Below are positions 48,021 through 60,250 of a stretch of 64,000 nucleotides of DNA, piece after piece. The translations under genes were made by a program, and so were the position numbers. The notes beneath the pieces were generated by a model, which searched no databases, had not been told where the DNA came from, and worked only from the letters and a program-made list of their open reading frames with translations. The number at the start of each line of letters is the position of its first letter. Within the stretch, counting starts at the first letter, position 1. Source of the DNA: Octopus bimaculoides (lineage: Eukaryota); contig NC_069001.1 of the NCBI RefSeq assembly GCF_001194135.2, positions 24,047,207 to 24,111,206 on the forward strand, written 5' to 3'.

Positions 48021-48423
48021 AAAGTGGCTTCATAAAACGACTCATCCATTCCTGTATAAAATCCATTCAATTTGTCCTGTCTTTTTATTCATTCTTGTCT
48101 TTTGTTTCCTTTGCAATCTCTCAGAATACAGTTTAGCAGTCTTCTGTGTCCAGCTGTAGTCTTTCCTATCCTGCTGGATGTTTCCAGACAAATTTCCTTT
48201 GAATAATTTAAAACATTTGAAAACTGTCATTTAGTTTTGTTTGTATATCTTAGAATAACTTGAAGGGATAAAGATTTTTGTTGACAGTTATTCTGTTTCA
48301 AAAGAGCAGATGCCCCAGGAAGAGAAAAAATAGTTACATCAATTTATATAACATTCTATAATAAAGACTGTGGTCTCTGTCAACACCATCAGATTGAGGA
48401 GTCAGTTAGGGGAACATCGACAT

Positions 48424-48729
48424 CAGTAGTTCTCAGCTGGGGTCTGTATAAGATTTTGAGGGATCCACACAAGGAAAATAGTAAATCAGTGACCCACAGC
48501 AGTGGTTTAAGGCTCCATGAACAATTTTTGCTTTAGAAACAGCTTGAATTTTTTTCTCTAATGTCTTACATAGTTCAAACTACACATGTTTATGTGTGGA
48601 AAATATGATAGGAATTTTAAAACAACCATCTATAAAACTAGCTTTTAAATTTCAAGTGGCAATGGTGGACTACAAAAATAAAATAGTAATCAAAGGGGTC
48701 CATTGGTAAAAAACAGTTGAGAACAACTG
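48424..48729. mobile_element. hAT-type MITE (~306 bp)
   Basis: TIRs CAGTAGTTCTCAGC / GTTGAGAACAACTG; 8-bp flanks match 5/8. Confidence 0.7.
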
Positions 48730-49874
48730 CTCTGCATTGTTACTTAATCTAGAAGATTTATTAGCAAAATCACCTTCAAATTACATCTTATTACCTGAAA
48801 GAATTGATTGTGTTCCTAACAATGTTATGTTGAAAACGAAAAAACGTAAAATGTAAAGTTGATCAGTGTTTGAACAACTTGGATTGTAGACCTGCATATT
48901 CACATCTGCTAGTTTGGGGTTAAATAATAACAACTTAGATAGCTTGTTTCATTGTTCTATGTCCTGTCCATGGTATTTCATGTGTAATGTATTTGTAAGC
49001 ATGTTGATGTATCTTTAAGTTGCTTGATAGGTTTATTGCACCATAAAAAATGTTTGAATATATACACAAGTCTATTTGTGTGTTTGTGTGTGAGTAACAA
49101 AATCATGGAAAAGACTACAGCAAACATGTTGTGAGGAGTGGAAAATCTAAAGTTTCGGACGCAGACTGTCAGAGGGAAAGTTGAAAGGAAAGAAACGAAC
49201 AAGAGAACATTTTAACTTCTAAGTTAAAACAAACTGTCTGCAACTTAGAGAATGCTAAACTCTGTTATCTCTCATTAATTTCTCTTCTTTTAACTTTACC
49301 TTTTTTTCCTGAAGAAGGATTGTATACAAAACATTGGCTTTTCTGTTCCACATGGCAAGTTCACTCATTTTCTCAATTTTACTACATAATATAACCCTTA
49401 GCAATACAGAAGAACACCAGCCTCATTGGAGTCTGTTTGATCATATCTACGAATGTATGCATTTACGAATATTTGTATGTATTTATGTATGTATGTAATT
49501 TTATATTCTAATCACGAAACGTCATACATGATTAACTAACGGCAGGTTTGTTTTTGTTTATTTTCTCTTCCATTTTGTTCTATGTGTGCCATAAATATTG
49601 TCATCCATTGGAGAAAAAATTGTAGTTTGAATTAGTAGTTTTTTAACTGCTATTTCTAAATTTTTAGTATGTCGGTGAAGCAACTCCTGCTGATCCCTAT
49701 ATGTTTATAATTATAAATGTTTTTACCGATAAAGGTTTTTTTTCATACTGAACTACTTGGCAAAATTGTTAATTATTAATTTTATTAATTAATTGGCAAT
49801 TCCCTGCCCTATACCTATATATGTATGTATGTATGTATGTATTAAATATATGTGTATGTGTGTGTACGTGTATA

Positions 49875-50085
49875 TCAGGCTGAGTAAAAAGTCAGCAACG
49901 TTTTGAAACATGAAATTCATCACAATATATTTCAACAATGTGGAAATTTTATTCATCAAACTAAATACCATTACAATCAGCACATTTTTGCCAATGAGTT
50001 ACGAGTTTGTTCCTTCTGGTAACATGAAAATCTGGAGTTCTGGAACTGATGAATTCTTTGAACACCCTTTCAGCAGAGATAGCTG
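49875..50085 (-). mobile_element. Mariner 3' end
   Basis: FKEFISSRTPDFHV..NKLVTHWQKCADCNG and a terminal TCAGGCTGAGTAAAAAGT next to TA. Confidence 0.8.
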
Positions 50086-50101
50086 ATTATGNNNNNNNNN
50101 N

Positions 50102-50690
50102 ATATGTCAAGTCAGTAAATGGTGGAGTTGTGTTAACTGCACGTGGAGAAATACTAGGAAATAATAATAATAATAAGGCAGAATGCTAAACTGACCATAT
50201 TTCCTTCTCTCGCCTATCCATTGAAATACATATAAATTTACTTCTTGTTTCTCTAAGAACAGACATAAACTTCCTGTTGTCAAAGAGTCCAGAACTCCAA
50301 CTAAAGAGTATAAAACCCACAGAATTTGTCTCCCCTTACACACACTTCTTGTTTTGACACTACACTTCCTGTTTAACACTTAAACTCTCAGCCTTTTTTA
50401 AACACAACATGGTTCTTAATTCCATGCATCCTTAATCTATCTAACAATTATCTACATGGATTACCAAATGAACTTTAAAAACTCAAAGACAATATAATGT
50501 ATTGGTATATTTATTTTTTTATATATCTTTTATATTTTTGTAAAAAAAACATTATTTTCATTTTCCCTCTTCTTGAAAATTTGCCATGCAATGAAAGCCG
50601 GTTAGAAATCCTTTTTAATCCTCCTTATGTACATCTATATTAAAATATGCTTTCAGTTTAGCATTCTGCCTTATTATTATTATTTTTTAT
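50102..50690. repeat. Second copy of the 5515-6235 family; short ~32-bp inverted arms; hammerhead-like remnant at 50277-50301
   Basis: Shared GTGTTAACTGCACGTGGAGAAATA leader and internal body; remnant TTGTCAA-A-GAGT-CCAGA-ACTC-CAAC. Confidence 0.8.
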
Positions 50691-50879
50691 TTTATCACCA
50701 TAAAGTCATAGTGTAATCTAAAATACGTGTAGCTTTGTAACTATACATGATAGAATTTATCTTTAAAAAGATAAGAAAGCTTGATGTGTCTAGTTTTCTG
50801 TTCTTTTGAAGTTTTATTTATTATTTGTTTCCTCAAATATTTTTCACAATTTCTGAAAAGTGACTCCTTTCTCAGAATT

Positions 50880-51576
50880 GCTGTTGACCCATGGCTTCAC
50901 TAGAAAGGAAAGGGAACTGCTTTCATTGGTTGACTGAAAAGCCATGTGAACCTGTTGAATGTGAAAGAGATTCTCCCAGAGTTAATGTCTGGTGTGCCTT
51001 GGGAAAGAATCAACTCATAGGGCCATTCTGTTTTGGAGGACGCGTTGTTAATGGTGACAACTATTTAGAAAAGTAACAGAATTACTTCATTTCCAAGCTT
51101 GCCCAATTTGAACTGATAGAGAATCCAGTTTTTCAACATGATGTTGCACCTTGTCACTTTGCTCTGCAAGTTAAGCAGTTTCTAAATGAGAAATTCCCTA
51201 ACAGATGGATTGAAAGAGGTGGACCATTATTTTGCCCTCCACGTTCACCAGATTTGACTCCATTGGATTTCTTTTTATGGAGACATGTGGAAAGTATTGT
51301 TTATTCAACTAAGCCTCGATCTTTAGAAAACTTGAAAGCAAGGATAACTGATGTGATTGAAGGTGTTACTAAAAATCAGGTGGAAAATGTTTTCCAAAAG
51401 CTACAGAATCATATTTCTCTTTATATTAGTGATGATGGTGGACATGTTGAAAATGAACACGATGAATAAAAAATTTAGGTCATTCTTCTTTCTTATCCTT
51501 TTTACAGATTAATTCTATCATGTATAGTTATGAAGATACAAGTATTTTCAGTTGCACCATAACTTTATGGACACCT

Positions 51577-51578
<2 letters not shown>
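50880..51578 (+). mobile_element. Tc1/mariner DD41D (rosa-type) transposase 3' half with right TIR
   Basis: QHD-(41 aa counted)-D in QHDVAPCH...PPRSPDLTPLDFFLW; one in-frame stop at 51074-51076; TIR ...GGACACCTTG then (TA)n. Confidence 0.85.
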
Positions 51579-51632
<54 letters not shown>

Positions 51633-51964
51633 CATACTTACTGTACGACAAACATTGCTATTGATTTACTTGAATATACCCTCCCACCAAAATTTTGGCT
51701 GTGTGTAAATCTTAGGAGACAATTTACATTGTTGAGCAAACTACACAATGCCATATAGCAACTAAATGACTCTTGTAAATTACATGAGAGTAAATAGTTT
51801 GTAGGAGAAATGATTATTACAAATGCCATTATATACACACTAAGTAAAAGTACTTTATCTGGATGACATTGTTCCAGGCTTCTACTCTGTTAAACATTGA
51901 AGTTACTGAATGGTGATGAATGTCTTGTTAAGTCTTTTGCAACATATAGCTTTCATTCTTCTGT

Positions 51965-52246
51965 CTTTTATTCTTTATCTTTTACTTGTTTCAGTTATTA
52001 GACTGTGGCCACGCTGAGCACTGATTTGAAGGATTGTGGTCGATTGAATTTAAGCCAGTACTTATTTGCTGATTCAAAAAAAAATCGGTTCTTATTCTAT
52101 TAATCTCTTTTGCCAAACTGCTAAGTAACAAGGATGTAAACACACCTACACTAGTTGTCAAGCAGTGGTGGTGGACAAACGCAGACATCAAGACACACAC
52201 ATAAACACATATAAAAAAGCACACACACACATTATATATATGTATG

Positions 52247-52295
<49 letters not shown>

Positions 52296-52445
52296 ATAAA
52301 TAATACAGAATGGGACAAGAACGCAAAACATCCAGACAGGTGATACAAGAAAGGGACAAAACATACAGATAGACGATACAAAGAAAACACGGACAGGTCA
52401 TTCGGAGTTTTCTCTCTTCAGTCGAGATCCAGATTATCCTTGCAA

Positions 52446-52505
<60 letters not shown>

Positions 52506-52660
52506 ATATGACTGGCTTATTTTAGTTTCTGTCAAATCCACTGACAAGTCTTTGGTCAGCCTGAATAAAAGACACTTGCTCAAAACATGACATAGCGGGA
52601 CTAAACTTGGAGCTATGTTTGGTTTGGATGCAAACTTCTTACCACACAGCTACACTTGCA
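51965..52660 (-). mobile_element. SINE-A split by microsatellites and another repeat
   Basis: Tail ~51965-52200; head ~52510-52660. Confidence 0.7.
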
Positions 52661-53289
52661 TCCTGTATATGAGTTTATTGTAAATATAAATTGATAACAC
52701 ATTCAGGAAAGAACTTAGCATTGAAGAAAATATTCCTTCAGACTTAAACACCTTGGACATTTTGATATAATGAGGGTCTGGTTTATATTGCAGAATGTAT
52801 TGGAAAATGCAAAAGTTTCCAAACTTTAAAGAATTGTTTACATCTGAAATGCTTAAATGTTATGGCAAACAACATAATTGAAATTGATAACTGAGAGCCC
52901 AAAATCCAAGCAGCATATCTAAAATAGCTTTGATTGATATGAGGGGAAGAGGTACATAGGAATTCAGTACTGTGTAACCTGTATAAGCAATCAGTACATG
53001 GGAATATAGTTGGATCTGGGGTCACTAAGTAGACAACCTCTGCTTTAGGCTTACAAGATTAGTTAGCACCAAGGACACCCAGAGAAAGATTTAATGCTGA
53101 TATTTTCTCTTACTTAGAGTAATTAGTTTAGCAGGTGGTTGTTATGATAGATTAGTTATTAGTCTAAGAACTGTATATATAGAAACTCAAGAAGTGCTAA
53201 TGGAAATGGTATAAACACAGTCTTTTATTTAGTTGAAGGAGTGAACTTACTGCATACTACATTCAATGTTTTTAGCTGCCTACACTGCT

Positions 53290-54060
53290 TTCAAATTTTG
53301 GCACAAGGCCAGCATTTTGAGGGAGCGGGTAAATCAGTTACATCGACTCCAGTGTTCAAATGGTAATTATTTTATTGACCCTGAAAGGATGAATGCAAAA
53401 GTCAACCTCAGAAGAATTTGATCTCAGAACATAAAGGTGGATGAAATGCTGCAAAGCATATTGTCCAAATGATTCTGTCAGCTAGCCACCTTTTTAACCA
53501 CTTATATTGATACCAGTAATTATTTCAGTCAAATATTTATCTGACCAATCTCTCTTTATTGAATGGGGAGTTGTGAGACATAAAGTGCTACAGCAGTAAA
53601 ACAACACCAGTTTTCAGGCTGCAAACAAAAACAGACACAGAACCATCCACCTACATACATATGTATGATATGTGAACATTACAAACTTGGATACACACAT
53701 ACATACATACATACATACATACATACATACACACATACACACATACATACATACATGCATGCATACGTTCACTCAAAGCTCATAAGCGATAAAAAAGGTT
53801 TTGACGTTTTCTGTCCAGAAGGGTTTTCCAACTCAATATCTACATACTATAAACACAGCAAGCTGGCAGAATCGTTAGCACACTGGGAAGAATGCAGTAT
53901 TTCGTCTGTCTTCCTGGTTTGGGTTCAAATTCCACTGAGGTCAACTTTCACCTTTCATCTTTTTGCAGTCGATAAAATAAGTACCGGCTGAACACTGGGT
54001 TGATGTAATCAACTTAATTCCTTCTCCAAAGTCGCTGGCTTAGTGCAAAATTTGAAATCA
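53290..54060. mobile_element. Inverted SINE-B pair (minus ~53290-53490; plus ~53855-54060)
   Basis: Both show the B box, Meta-like core and tail. Confidence 0.8.
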
Positions 54061-54341
54061 ATATTTATATGCTATTATTTATAGGTTTATGTGCTTCAAG
54101 ATCCACTGCTCAAAGAAAGAATTATTTCATGTTCTCTCAAAAGTTTATGAATTCTTATAACTTTATATATTCTTAGTCAGACAATTACAGAAGTATTTAG
54201 CTAATAGTAAAGCACTGTACTTGACATTCATTGACTTGGAGTGAATACTGTGTCCTACCTGTGTTAGCAGTGCAATTGAATCAGGTAGAACATGATATTG
54301 ACTTATAAGTCTCTAATATACTTAGAAGTATATTATGAATG

Positions 54342-55103
54342 ATGGTGCATGGCTCAGTGGTTAGAGTGGTGGGCTCAGAATTATGAGGTAATGAATTGGA
54401 TTCTCAGACTGGCTTGTGTGTTGTGTTCTTGAGCAAGACACTTTATTTCATGTTGCTCCAGTTCACTCAGGTGAAGAAATGAGTTGCGACATCATTGGTG
54501 CCAAGCTGTATCGGCATTTGTCATTCCTTTGGATAACATTGGTGGTGTGGAGAGGGGAGGCTGGTATGCATGAGTGACTGCTGGCCTTGCCCACACTTGT
54601 GCTTCAGAGGGGAACTTTCTAGATGCAAAGGGGATCTTTACCCTTTTAATATTTCATAGTTGCATAATAAAATATGGTGTTCCAACAAGCAATTAACATA
54701 TGTGTACCAGTTGCCAGGAATGTGTTTAATATATAAAACTGGTATTTCCAATTTACACCATTAAATTTAGTGGCTATTTAAGTAATATGTTTGTGGTTGG
54801 ATATGGTACTGAAGAAGGGGCCCAGGCTCATGGGCCCGGTTTCCTGGTTTCTATGGTGTATGTGTTCCCCGCCAGCTGGACGGGATGCCAGTCCATCACA
54901 GCGTTACTCAGGAAACAGGAAGAAAGAGTGAGAGAAAGTTGGGTCGAAAGAGTACAACAGGGATCGCCACCACCCCCTGCCGGAGCCTCATGGAGCTTAG
55001 GTGTTTTCACTCAATAAACACTCACAACGCCTGGTCTGGGAATCGAAACCGTGATCCTCCGACCATGAGTCCACTGCCCTGACCACTGGGCCATTGCGCC
55101 TCC
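54342..55103. mobile_element. Two SINE-D-type elements (plus ~54342-54620; minus ~54830-55103)
   Basis: tRNA heads TGGCTCAGTGGTTAGAG and, in reverse, GGGAATCGAAACC...CCACTGGGCCATTGCGCCTCC. Confidence 0.75.
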
Positions 55104-55489
55104 ACTATATGCATATACACCCATTATCTATTTTTCTATCTTTGATTTCATCGTTTATATAAACATATTCTTTTATGAAAGGTTGTAGCTTTCATTGCTG
55201 GCTCTAATTTGTATGGAAAATCTGTAGAGATACTTTTCAAAAGTGATTGAATGGCATTGCTAACACAGGTAGGAGATAATGTTGACTTGTAAGCCTTTTA
55301 ATGTACTCGGTTAGCATATTATTGTTGTCTAAAAAAATATGGTGATCCACCACCAGCAATTATTAAGATATATGTGTCTATGCATGTGTGCATGTACACA
55401 TGTGTGTATGTGTTAAGCTTTCAGTATATTGTTGTAATTCTTAATACTCTTGGTTTTGGTGCTTCATCATCAGCATCGTCATGACATTC

Positions 55490-55770
55490 TACTACTACTA
55501 CTAATTCTTCCTCTTCTTCTATTTCTCCTCCTCCTCCTTACTCTTCTCTGTACTTCCTCTACCTTCTCTTCTTATGCCTCTGCCTCCTCCTCCTCCTCTT
55601 CCTCCTCCTCTCTTCCTCCTCTCTTCCTCCTCTTCTTCCCCTTCCCCTTCCCCATCACCTCTTCCATTTTCCTCTTCCTCTCCCTTCTCTTCTTCTTTCT
55701 CCTCTTAATCTCCCTTCTCTTCCTCTCCCTTCTCCTCTTAATCTCCCTTCTCTTCCTCTCCCTTCTCCCC
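55490..55770. repeat. (CCT/CTT)n low-complexity tract
   Basis: Directly visible. Confidence 0.9.
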
Positions 55771-56519
55771 TAGCATTCATCAAGCTGACCCATTATAAAG
55801 AAATATTCACTGTCATGACCATCACCTCATCTTTTATGTCTTCCATTTCAGCCATTCCTTTTCAAGATGACAGTTCGTGACACGACAGAGATTTGGTTGT
55901 TATTTCTAGGATGTTACACTTCTCCCTCATAGAATTATTCCTTCCTTCTTTTTACATTATTTATTACATTACTGCAACAGGTTCAGAGTGTAACGAAAAT
56001 ATTGAGGAAATTCCAGATGATAAAGGTCAACATAGTTAATAAAATTTGAAACCTGGCATTTTGAATTTCCTGAATGTTATGTCTGTTGATTTGATGCTTA
56101 TTCCAACTTTGAACCCTTTATTCATAATACAAATCATTCTTGACAAATACAGATGAGATATTAATTGATCCCTAAGACATACACAACCACATGATAGAGA
56201 CTAACACTGTTGAAGTGCTAAAGAAAGAGCTTCCAGACTGGGTCATCTGCTTTCATTCTGTTTCATACCAACACTTCATAAGGAGGTAAGGAAGCAACAG
56301 AAACACATTTTATTGAGAAGGAAGCATTCATCTGTTTTGTTGTTGTTTGTTTATGCCCCCCGCCAAAGATAGAGCCCTTTCTCATGTCATATAGATGCTT
56401 AGGGCCAGTTTCTTGGATTTTGTGTTGTATATATTCCACACTGGATGGCACGTCTGCTCGTCACAGGATTACTCATTTTTGCCAGCTGAATGGATTCAAG
56501 AACACAGCTCATTGTCTGG

Positions 56520-57006
56520 TCCAGGAATTGCACAATCCACAATCGAAATTGAACTAAATTCGATGACTGGCACCCATGCCAACGTCATCTCCTTCATTGG
56601 ACACGAAACTCGGCTTGCGAAGACCTGTTGGGGCAAGCAAAAACAAAATCGTGATGGCACCTGTGCCCAGTGTCGCTTTCCTGGTACTTGTGCCAGTGGC
56701 ACGTGTAAAGACATTCGAGTGAGATCGTTGCCAGTGCCGCTGGACTGGCTCCTGTGCAGGTGGGACGTAAAATACACCATTTTGAGCATGGCCATTGCCA
56801 GTACCGCCTGACTGGCCCTTGTGCCGGCGGCACGTAAAAGCACCCACTACACTCTCGGTGTGGTTGGCGTTAGGAAGGGCATCCGACTGTAGAAACTCTG
56901 CCAAATCAGATTGGAGCCTGGTGTAGCCATCTGGTTCACCAGTTCTCAGTCAAATCATCAAACCCATGCTAGCATGGAAAGCGGATGTTAAACAATGATG
57001 ATGATG
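56520..57006 (+). mobile_element. RTE 3' UTR with (TGA)n tail
   Basis: Homologous to 4790-5489, with module order differing. Confidence 0.85.
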
Positions 57007-57924
57007 AATCTTATGATCATGAGTCCAACACCTTAACCACTAAGCCATGTGTCTCCACCCAGGGTAACTGGAAACCGATTATAAAATGTGATGAAAGCTG
57101 AAACCATACTAATATGAAATAGTAAAGAAAAAATGAAGCCCACTGCCTGCTGACCACATTCCAGATGCACTAATGAGTTGTCAATGGTCACTGCTCTGTA
57201 TAGCCAGGAATTTTAATGTATTTATATTTTCCATTTTACTTTTGAAAAGGAAGATCAAATTTATTAAATTTTTCCTGGACTTGTCATTGGCCATGCACCT
57301 ATCACCTCATGCACTTATTACCTGTTAATATAGTTATTATATAAGTTTGGCATCTTGAAACAGCTGTAGAGAAAAGACATCACATAATGTTTCCTCATTA
57401 CTACCGCTCCTTCTTTCACTCCTCTCTTTATATATATGTATATAAGCATGTATATATGTATGTATGTATGTATGTATCTATCTAGCTATCTATCTATATG
57501 CTTATACATATATATCATGCTTATATATATATATATATATAAGAAAAGTTAAAATAATGGTCATTGCATATAATTCCTTTATTATAGCAAATTTGGCTTA
57601 CAGCTGTTTTCAGCAGTCATTATAGATAGGTTTACTCAATTGGTCTATTGATTGATTGAGGTAAATTGAAGGACCGAAGAAAATTAATGATACCTTCATT
57701 AGTCATTGTGGGAAATAACAAAACAGGGTATTTGAAGAATGGCAAATGTATAGGGAAAATGAAGGAAGATTGAGATGTTTAAATAGAAATGGCAAAGGCA
57801 GGTTACAATGGCATGGTAGCAATTGAGGGAGAGGTACTTAGTAGAAGTAACAGTAGTAGTATGAGTAGTAGTAGTAGGAGTATTAGGGACAGTCACAAAC
57901 ATAGGTCAGCAATATTACCATATA

Positions 57925-57958
<34 letters not shown>

Positions 57959-57961
<3 letters not shown>

Positions 57962-58238
57962 GGTGTCCCAAAAAGATGTACTCACTCTTTGACAAACGAT
58001 TACTAATGTATTGTTTTTTGTGATGTTTGGGATTACCTCGATGCAACAAATCCAAACAAATGGATTGGGAGGAGATGTAGCGTTGAATTTCCTGCACGTA
58101 CTCCAGACCCCACACCAATGGATTTTTTTTTTTATGGGGACATCTCAAAGATATGGTTTACGCTGCAAAACCAGTGACATTTGATGATTTGAAAAATGAA
58201 ATTCGAATAAAATATCTTGCAATTCCAAATGAAATGTT
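57959..58238 (+). mobile_element. DD41D-type transposon, left TIR fused to a transposase C-terminal remnant
   Basis: CAGGGTGTCC after (TA)n; YLDATNPNKWIGRR..FPARTPDPTPMDFFLWGHLKDMVY. Confidence 0.8.
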
Positions 58239-59046
58239 NNNNNNNNNNNNNNNNNNNNNNNNNNNNNNNNNNNNNNNNNNNNNNNNNNNNNNNNNNNNNN
58301 NNNNNNNNNNNNNNNNNNNNNNNNNNNNNNNNNNNNNNNNNNNNNNNNNNNNNNNNNNNNNNNNNNNNNNNNNNNNNNNNNNNNNNNNNNNNNNNNNNNN
58401 NNNNNNNNNNNNNNNNNNNNNNNNNNNNNNNNNNNNNNNNNNNNNNNNNNNNNNNNNNNNNNNNNNNNNNNNNNNNNNNNNNNNNNNNNNNNNNNNNNNN
58501 NNNNNNNNNNNNNNNNNNNNNNNNNNNNNNNNNNNNNNNNNNNNNNNNNNNNNNNNNNNNNNNNNNNNNNNNNNNNNNNNNNNATATATATATATATATA
58601 TAGCGTGTTGGTGCATTGAGTAAAGCACTAGCACAGTTTGGGATACCTGGTGTCATCTGCAGTTGAGGTATATTTCCATTGGATCTCCTTCAGGAAAGCC
58701 CCATTCCATAATGAAGAGGAGAAACACCATTATGACTGCTTGAGGTCAATATTTTTAGCAGGACACTACTTTATGTATGCATGTACATGCCATGGCCCAG
58801 ACTTCAAAATTGATGCAGAACCATATGATACACATCATCACACCCATAAAGGACAGTCGCAGAATTGGTCGAAATGATTGTTGTATGGAACAAAGACTAG
58901 TATCAAATCTATATGTATCAAATATATATATATATTTATATAAGTTAAAAATAGGATAAAATCTTTATAAGAATTTATCAAGTAGTTAGCATGAAAAACC
59001 TCATAAGGGAAAAAATTTATTAATTATTCCCTTTGAATGTATTTAA

Positions 59047-59392
59047 ATATATTAAGGGCATTACTAAACATAAATGCCTCATGCTAGGAGGGACTCTTAA
59101 AGTCAAAACTACCATAATAAACACATTGTACCAAATGCGAGGGAATGCAACTCTCAAAGTGAGCCTTTTAAAAACAGATTCAGCTGCAGATCATATGATG
59201 TCATAATTAGTGCACAAAATTAGTGCATTTTGTGCACTAATTATGTAATCACGATCTGCAGCTGAATCTGTTTTTAAAAGGCTCACTTCGAGAGTTGCAT
59301 TCCCTCGCATTCGGTACAATGTGTTTATTATGGTAGTTTTGACTTTAAGAGTCCCTCCTAGCATGAGGCATTTATGTATAGTAATGCCCTTA

Positions 59393-59398
<6 letters not shown>
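59047..59398. repeat. 352-bp near-perfect palindrome with a 6-nt loop, between (TA)n tracts
   Basis: Arms 59047-59220 and 59227-59398; 3 point mismatches and one small internal loop. Confidence 0.97.
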
Positions 59399-59425
<27 letters not shown>

Positions 59426-59984
59426 AGTACGTACACGCACACACATACCCCCCCCCCACACACACACACACATTCATTCAGTATCTAGTCACTGCCATAT
59501 CTATCTTCTTTCTAGCTACTGTCATCTACCCCTGTATAATGCAGAGAAGCCATGTATCTCCGCTATAGGAAATTACTTGGGTTGTCTCTTTGTCATGCAT
59601 TTTAGCCTCTCAACACCTGTCTTACAACCATCTCCTTACTTCAAGTACCACCCTCACAAACTTGCTGAGTGAACTTTTACTCATTCTTCTTCTTTTCTTC
59701 CCTTTTATATTAACAGGCAACTTCATTGGTGCTGGTGACATGGAAAATGCACCCACTAGACACTGTAGAGTGGTTGCTATTAGAAAGGGCATCCAGACAT
59801 AGAGACACTGTCAATGCTGGCATTGGAGCTCATCACTGCCTTGCCACTCAATGGATCCTGTCAAATCATATAGCGCATGCCCACATGAGAAAGGGACTTT
59901 AAATGTTGATGGTGTTGATGATACATATATGCACCCACTCCCATACATGAATATACTCATATTTACAAATGTAGATATATATAT

Positions 59985-59989
<5 letters not shown>

Positions 59990-60025
<36 letters not shown>

Positions 60026-60250
60026 TTAACATATGTTGTCCATGCTGGCATGGGTTGGACAGTGTGACAAGAGCTGGTAAGCTGGTGGCGGGGGGGGGGT
60101 GCACTAAACTCCAGTTTGATTTGGCATGGTTTCTACAGCTGGATGTCCTCCCTAACACCAACCACTTTACAGAGTGTGCTGGGTAGTTTTACGTGGCACT
60201 TCATGGGTGCTTTTACATGGAGCTACATGGGCACTTTTATCTGATGCTGC
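59990..60250 (-). mobile_element. RTE 3' UTR fragment with (CAT)n
   Basis: Homology to the RTE tail. Confidence 0.7.

Noticed and set aside
52392-52428. Minus-strand CTGAAGA-GAG-AAAA-CTC-CGAAT
   Set aside because: GAAA is broken and no valid stem III; left unassigned.
52783-53025. Acceptor-like CTGATTGCTTATACAG with open frames on the minus strand
   Set aside because: No matching donor and no recognisable protein.
57594-57625. Minus-strand GAAAACAGCTGTA palindrome
   Set aside because: Resembles a PLE stem III but the CUGANGA core is not recognisable.
4204-58656. Long ORFs containing X runs
   Set aside because: They span N gaps (4345-4576, 5668-5872, 12492-13262, 16075-16090, 20189-20352, 31749-31758, 39855-40022, 41346-42202, 50092-50101, 58239-58583) and are not real reading frames.
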